Assembly (NCBI RefSeq): GCF_009914755.1
Contig: NC_060926.1
DNA: 64,000 bases
DNA from: the human T2T-CHM13v2.0 reference genome, Homo sapiens
Reading direction: 5' to 3' (one strand)
Below are positions 52,151 to 64,000 of the stretch, one piece after another (position 1 is the stretch's first letter; each line of letters begins with the position of its first letter). The notes below the pieces were generated by a model that had not been told where the DNA came from, ran no database searches, and was given only the letters and a program-made list of their open reading frames with translations. Position numbers and translations under genes: made by a program.

Positions 52151-52174
52151 GTGCAGGACAGCCTCACGTACTGA
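52151..52174 (+). CDS. PPP1R7: PPP1R7 alternative terminal exon (sds22-beta C-terminus VQDSLTY*)
   Basis: Pyrimidine tract and ctcag acceptor ending at 52150; GTG CAG GAC AGC CTC ACG TAC TGA in phase 0; peptide matches the recalled beta isoform. Confidence 0.85.
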   Translation: MQDSLTY

Positions 52175-52256
52175 GGGGAAGTGTGCTCACAGAGCCCCCA
52201 CCCTCCTCAGCTGCCTCCAGCTCACCCTGCTCTGCCCCAGTGCGGTGTTCAAGACA

Positions 52257-52305
52257 AATAAAAGACTTTTTCTCATTCAATTTTACTTGTTTTTTTCTGT
52301 TTTGT
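52257..52305 (+). terminator. Intronic poly(A) signal AATAAA with a downstream U-rich element (beta isoform 3' end)
   Basis: AATAAA at 52257-52262 followed by TTTTACTTGTTTTTTTCTGTTTTGTT. Confidence 0.8.
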
Positions 52306-54886
52306 TAAATTGCCAGCAAATACAACCAGATTGGTCTATAAACATAGTGTTTCAATCTCATTAAAGGCCTTTGTGCCTCAACCCCAGGGCCTAGTTGGCA
52401 GCAGTAAATTTCACCAACACCTGCATAAAATTTTGGAAAAATTCAAATTTGCCTGTGGAAAGTTTGGTCACCTTCCTTTGACTTTGCATTGAAATTAAAA
52501 GTTTATAAAACTAGCATGCAAACCAAGTGTTCACCTGTGTAGTTTAGAGTGGTAAGTCGAGACGTGCCTGCAGTGGAATGGCGCTGAGGACTGTGTGGCA
52601 GGGGCTGGGGTTGGGGCCGGGTGGGGTGCGCAGCAGGGAGCCCTGGTGCCCTCCTGCACCCTGGCCTCCCTGAGCCAAGGCCCTGCAGTCACCACCAAGC
52701 ATCCACCGGGAGACAGACAATCTGCAGCACAGTTCACATAAGCAGCCAGTCCCAGGAAAACTGGAAAGAAGTGTGGTTCAGAATTTTACCAGTAGAAGTG
52801 CTACACTGTGATCTTGGTTAAACACCAGATTATTCTTGGGCCTCTGAAACAAAACAGAAAAAAAAAAATTGTTGTATTAAAGGTAATTACGTTATTGTAA
52901 TCTTCATCATGATCAAATGTGACAGTCTTTCTTCTGCCATTTTTTTCAACTAAAGATCAGACAAATATTTTCTCCTAAGTTTTGTTTCTTAATTTATCTG
53001 GAATTTATTTTTATGGTGGGAAATAAGAAAGTAAATGTAGTTTTGTCCCAGGTGGGAACTTAGACGACACCCCCCATCCCAGTGTCTCACGACTCCTGTC
53101 TTGTTCTTCGTGTCTTCTCCAGCTCTGGGCTCTCCCGTTGGTCTAGAATATGTTTGCAGTGGTCCCTGACAGGTGTAGTTTCTGTGGCGTTGTGTCATGC
53201 CCTTTGGTGTGCCTGCTCTCCTCACCCTGTTCCATTCTTTTTTTCTGTTTCTTAAGCAGTTCTTACTAGTTTGCTTTTGGATGAGTTTTCACAACATTGT
53301 CCAGCTCCTGTAGAAAAACGTGAAATAGTGTTGAGTGCCTACATGGATCCCTGAGCTCAGAGGTGATGGACCGGTTCTGACAGCCAGAGCCCACCACCGG
53401 CTCTGCCCCTCGTGCTGAGCCTTGGTGCTTGGACCTCACGAGGCTCAAATCCTGCGTGTGTTCCAGGCCACTTTCATTTTGCCAGTTTCTGGGCTTGCAT
53501 ACCAGATGACCATGAGCATCTCAGAATGGTGCAGAGTGCGGGGCAGAGCTGCCGTCCGTGCTAGAGAGGCCTGTTCCAGCCCCACCGCCAGGCGGTGTGT
53601 CGTTGGATTACCCACAGTCGCGTCTTCTGCAACATTTTCCTGCAGTCCTTTTTGCTCTGAACCCGCCCCACTGAGCTCCCTCGCACACTGTTGAGCCTGA
53701 TACTCTGTGAGCAGACCTGACCAGGGCACCGAGATGGGGTGGTTTGAAGGCACCTCCTAGGCAGCATGCCACGTATAGCCTGCTGGAGAGTGGCGTCAGA
53801 CTTGACACACGCAGCTGGTGCCAGCTGGGGTGCTGGGCGCCAAGGCAGCAAGGGTGGTACAGCCAGAGGAGCTCCCAGGCCACAGCCATAGCGCTTTCGA
53901 ATTGGGAAAGCTACTGGCTGGGTACATTTCAGGGGAGATGGGGGGAGGAGTATTTGCTTTTGAGAAATTTTTTAACTTTCCCTTAAAACTTAGAAGGCTT
54001 TGGAATTGGAATACCAAAAATGCAGTAGAAAACCAAGGAAGGGACTCAGGAGGGAGCAGAGCGTGAGGGCAGAGAAGGGAATGAACTTTGTCAGAGGTTC
54101 TCAGACAGCTTGTAAATGTTTTCCTTTTGATGAGAAACAAAATTATTACTCAGGCTTAGCTAACATGTATTGGAAAGTGAGTAACTGATGTGCATTTTCA
54201 GAGTAGAAGATCCTAAAAACACACTCTTGTCTCCCAGTGGGGGCACACACCCTGCAGCAGGTGCTCAGCAGGCCCAGCACCCAGTCCTCAGCATGGGTCC
54301 CTTCTCTGCACTTATGCTCCCGGGACCCTTTTCCCAGACAAGAGTGTAGGCCTGGGGTCTGAGAGTCCTGCCTCTCCCACTGCTACTGTGCGCCTGGGCA
54401 GATTCTTAGCCCCACTGAGCCCCAAGTTCCTCATCCCTAAATGAAGAGAGGAACTTTGTTTTGAAGATTACTTGGTCGTACATTTCCTCGTGATGAGCAC
54501 TAAGTAAATGTTTCTACAATTGTCAGCCTTTCTTCAGAGCGTCAGGGGGTTACTCGGTTCTTCCTGGGACCATCAGTCTCACTAGGTCTGTCTCAATGGA
54601 CAGGGATCTGGGAGGACTGGGCTTGGAGTCTGACACAGTCTCAAATTCCAGCGATCAGGAGAGCTCAGGGAGATAGCTGGGCAGGCTCTGATGGAAACAC
54701 TGTCCCAGGGAGGGCTGCAGGAAGCAAGCAGGTCTCGTCACCCTCCATAGCATGCCCTTACCCTGTGAGGGCAGAGAGGGCAGTGCACCTGCAGCCCTAA
54801 GGTCAGCACTTGACACTGCCTGCGTGGTCATGCAAATCACTGTTGATCAGAGGTAATCCAGGAAACATTTTATTTCCTTCTTTTAG

Positions 54887-54973
54887 AACAAACTCACGAT
54901 GTTGGACATTGCATCAAATAGAATCAAAAAGATTGAAAATATCAGCCATCTAACAGAGCTGCAAGAGTTCTGG
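54887..54973 (+). CDS. PPP1R7: PPP1R7 exon 9 (NKLTMLDIASNRIKKIENISHLTELQEFW)
   Basis: Acceptor cttttag, donor TGG|GTAAGT; 87 nt; cumulative CDS 906 nt; final exon outside the window. Confidence 0.96.
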
Positions 54974-55149
54974 GTAAGTTTAATACACGCTGGGGTTGAT
55001 GACACTTTGACTAAACTGGTCTCACTGATTAAAATGTCTTATGAATGAATACAAGAATCTCCTGTAAGCCTTCATGCTGAGTGACTCCGCACATCATGAG
55101 ATTTGGGGTGGGCGCTCTTGTAGACTTGTATTGGGTGTTGTCTGTGCTC

Positions 55150-55302
55150 CTCAGCGTGAGCCACAGATCAGCAGCATTGACATAGCTTGTTAGAAATGCA
55201 AAATCTTGGGCCCCACCATAGCCCAGATGAAAACTGAGTCAAAATCTTTGCTTTACAAGACTCCGGGTGATTGCAGTACACACAGAGGTTGGAGAAGCCC
55301 TG
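55150..55302. mobile_element. MER5A-like (hAT-Charlie) remnant
   Basis: CAGCAGCATT..GCTTGTTAGAAATGCAAA..GGGCCCCACC..GGTGATT..GAGAAGCCCTG. Confidence 0.7.
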
Positions 55303-56669
55303 ATCTAGGTATGGGTAGAACCTACAATTGTCATTTGACCAAATGGTTTGCAAACCTCAGCAGAGAGGCAGACGCATTCCCTACAGATATATTCCAGCAC
55401 AACAGAAGGAAATGTTGGATGGGTTTCTGCAGTTAGTCATCTTGGAATTTGCCTTGTATTTGTCTTGTCACAGGTATGGTTTCAGGAGTAGTGTTGTGGA
55501 GTCAGCAGGAAGAGAAACAGAATATAAGAAGTTTTTGCAATTCCTCTAAAGGGGTTGGGAAATGATCCCCGAGTGGAAGTCTTCAGTGCTAGGATTCCCT
55601 TAGAGAAATCTCCTAAGGTTTATTGCCTTTCCGCTAGCACGTGGCCCTGCAGAGACTGCGGCACAGGTGTCACCCTGTGATGCTGGGAATGTAGTAGTGT
55701 CCTCAGATACATTCAGTCTAATCCAGGATTCATGCTGAGTGTAAGGCATCATTCTTCCTTGTCTCTCCTCTAGCCGTGCTGCTGACCCTGCTTATGTCCT
55801 GTGCTTTCTCCTTTCCCCACTTTAAAAGGTCATCCAAGTTTCCCTAGAACACAGGTGGCCTGCTGCAAATGTTCCTTGCCCCTTATTAGTGGCACTGGGT
55901 CTTGAGTAGTGTCATGATGGGATACCAGAGCATGTCTGGGAAGATCAGAGCCAGAATTTGGCAGGTGATAAAGATGTACCAGGCCAGGGGGAGCCTCAAT
56001 GAGTCCAGGTGGGTCTATGTGCAGCCCACCCTTGAAGGAAGGTGTGGCTGGTGGTAGGCTGGTTGAATTAGTGCATAGGGAGTTGGCAAAGAAGCCAGGG
56101 AACAACACAAAGAAACCAAACAACAGGAATAAGGAGTCCAGAGACAGAGGACCAGGTGATAGGGAAAGGGCACCTGGCAAAAAATTAGGGAGCAGGTTTG
56201 GGAAACGAGCTGATACTGAAGCAATGTTCCTGAAGCGTAACGATTCCTTCTGCATGCCCTGCCTAGGAACAGAGCATGGGGCACAGAGTGCTGAGACCAC
56301 AGGCAGGGGCCAACCTGGGTACCACAGCTAGCAGGGAGGCAGGCAGGCTGGTGATCAATCACTAGGGGCCAGGTAGTGCCTGACCCTGTAACACAGAAGA
56401 ATCCTGTTCCTTAGGCCACCAAAGATAGTAAAAAATAGCCAGAATTTGCACAGCGCTTTATGGTGTCCATACCTCTTTCCATTCTGATCCAATTATCACA
56501 GCAACCATGTGGATAAGGTCATATTACCCCATTTTACAGGTAAAGAATTGCATTCCAGGAAGGAAAGCTGCAAACCAGGAATTCTCAAACTCAGTTCCAT
56601 GCTCATATCACATTTGAGAGGCACATCATTCATCTCTAAGGCAGAAATAGAAAACCAGTCTTAACAAGT

Positions 56670-60083
<3,414 letters not shown>

Positions 60084-60269
60084 TATTCTATCCTATTTTC
60101 TAGTAGCTTGTGACAAAGGCAGGAGCTCAGCACCAGCTATTCTGTCATGGCTTGAAACAGAAGTCCTACTTATTTATCTTACTTTTGTGTCTGTCTCCCC
60201 CACTGTATAATACAAACCTCATAAGGGCAGGGAAATTAGTGTTTGGTTTACTTTGTTTTCCCTCCCAAT

Positions 60270-60660
60270 TTCTTTATTGTGGTAAAACATGCATAAAATA
60301 AAACTCACCATCTTAACCATGTGGAAGTGTACAGTGAGTGGTATTCAGCACATTCGTAATGGTGCACAGCCATCACCACCGTCCATCTCCAGGACTCTTT
60401 TCAACTTATAAAACTGGAACTCTGTACCCATTAAACAATAACTCCCTATTTTCCCCTTCCCAGACCTTGACAATGACCCTTCTACTTTCTGTCTCTATGA
60501 ATTTAACTACAGACCTCATATCACTGGAATCATGCAGTATTTATTTTTGTGACTGGCTTACTTCACTCAGCATATTGACCTGAAGATTCACCCATTCTGT
60601 AAGCATGTGTCAGAATTGCCTTTCTTTTTAGGGCCAAATAATATTCCGCAGTATGGATAT
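60270..60660 (-). mobile_element. L1M 3' end fragment
   Basis: CACCATCTTAACCAT..AAGTGTACAG..CTACTTTCTGTCTCTATGAATTT..GACTGGCTTA. Confidence 0.8.
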
Positions 60661-60710
60661 TGTTTTGTTCACTCTTATCTCACCAGCATCTGGAATAGTG
60701 CCTGATACAC

Positions 60711-62551
<1,841 letters not shown>

Positions 62552-63503
62552 CTAACCAAGATTTAAAAATCAGTGAAAAAAGAAAGAATAGGTATATCTA
62601 ATTTTATAAAGCGTATGTATTTTGCATGATGAAAGAGTCCATTGGTCGCCTGAGAGGTTAAGGTTAAGGTTATTTTCTATGACATACAAAAAGTTCTTTA
62701 AAGTGAAAGAAAGCGATTCAATAGAAAAATAGGTGGAGGATAGCAATACACAGTTCACCAATATGATGCATCCCGCCCCTGCCATACGCGACTTGTTTCA
62801 AGCTGACATCCAGGGCCTGGAGGGTGGGCTGAGACCAGCACTGCCCTGCTCAGGCCCCCACCCTCTTCCCAGTAATCCAGGGGAAAGGTAGCATCACAGT
62901 GACCAAAGGCAGTAGCCAGGGGAGGAGAAACATTTGGCAGGAAAGTTTCCACCCTCATGGTGTCTGATGCCGGCATGGAGCCCATCTGCCCACTGCCCTG
63001 CTGGCACAGGGGCCTCCCCAGGACCCTCCCAGATGCTCTGTTGGCAGATGCTGCCCGCTCGTTTAAGCCAAGTGATGCCATTTAAATTACATTGCAGGCC
63101 TGCTCCATGCCACAGCTGTGCTTCCTCAGCCCTCTTGATGGAATGCTTTCCTGTAGGCAGCGCCCTGCACAAGCAGCCTGTGCCAGCTTGGCACCCCTGA
63201 CCCAGGGCTGTCTGGGTGTGAGCTGCAAGGAGCGGGGGGCACAGGTAGGGGCTGCTCGAGGAGAGGCTGTGTGCCTCCCTCCCAGCATGTGTGCCTGGCC
63301 TGGGCCCACTTTCTGCTCCCCTTCAGTCTAGTGATGGCCATTTCATTAGGTTTCAGTTGCATTCCTTTAATTACAGATGAGTCTAACCCTGGCGCCTCTG
63401 TTTTCAACCACTTTGTCCTTTTGTTCCCTCTTGATACTTTCTGCTAGCTTTAGTCCAGTGCATTTTCCCTTTTATTATTAACTTATAGAGATTCTATCAA
63501 TGA

Positions 63504-64000
<497 letters not shown>

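Noticed and set aside
55830-56362. Overlapping 110-156 aa ORFs in PPP1R7 intron 9
   Set aside because: No recognisable protein family or exon signals; could be an old repeat, which I cannot identify without a search

Overview
This is human (primate) genomic DNA containing two head-to-head genes that share a CpG-island promoter at about 34.0-36.0 kb. PASK (PAS-domain Ser/Thr kinase) runs on the minus strand: non-coding exon 1 ends at 34514 and coding exons 2-14 run from 28130 down to 151, with the gene continuing past the left edge. PPP1R7 (Sds22, the LRR regulator of PP1) runs on the plus strand: coding exons 1-9 span 35596-54973, and the last alpha exon lies past the right edge. All exon boundaries were read from GT/AG sites, and the phases add up to continuous frames (PASK 3333 nt, PPP1R7 906 nt). 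The introns hold about 35 Alus, old L1/L2/MIR/MER fragments, a 34-bp minisatellite and a near-perfect 6x112-bp tandem array. The most unexpected feature is a 5'-truncated processed copy of ZC3H12A (Regnase-1) mRNA inside an L1 in PASK intron 12. It has an in-frame ATG supplied by the flank, an open C-terminal-domain ORF, and a retained Py-Pu-Py stem-loop in the copied 3'UTR. No prokaryote-type system (CRISPR etc.) is present. Gene identities and repeat subfamilies come from recall, not database searches; repeat coordinates are approximate.
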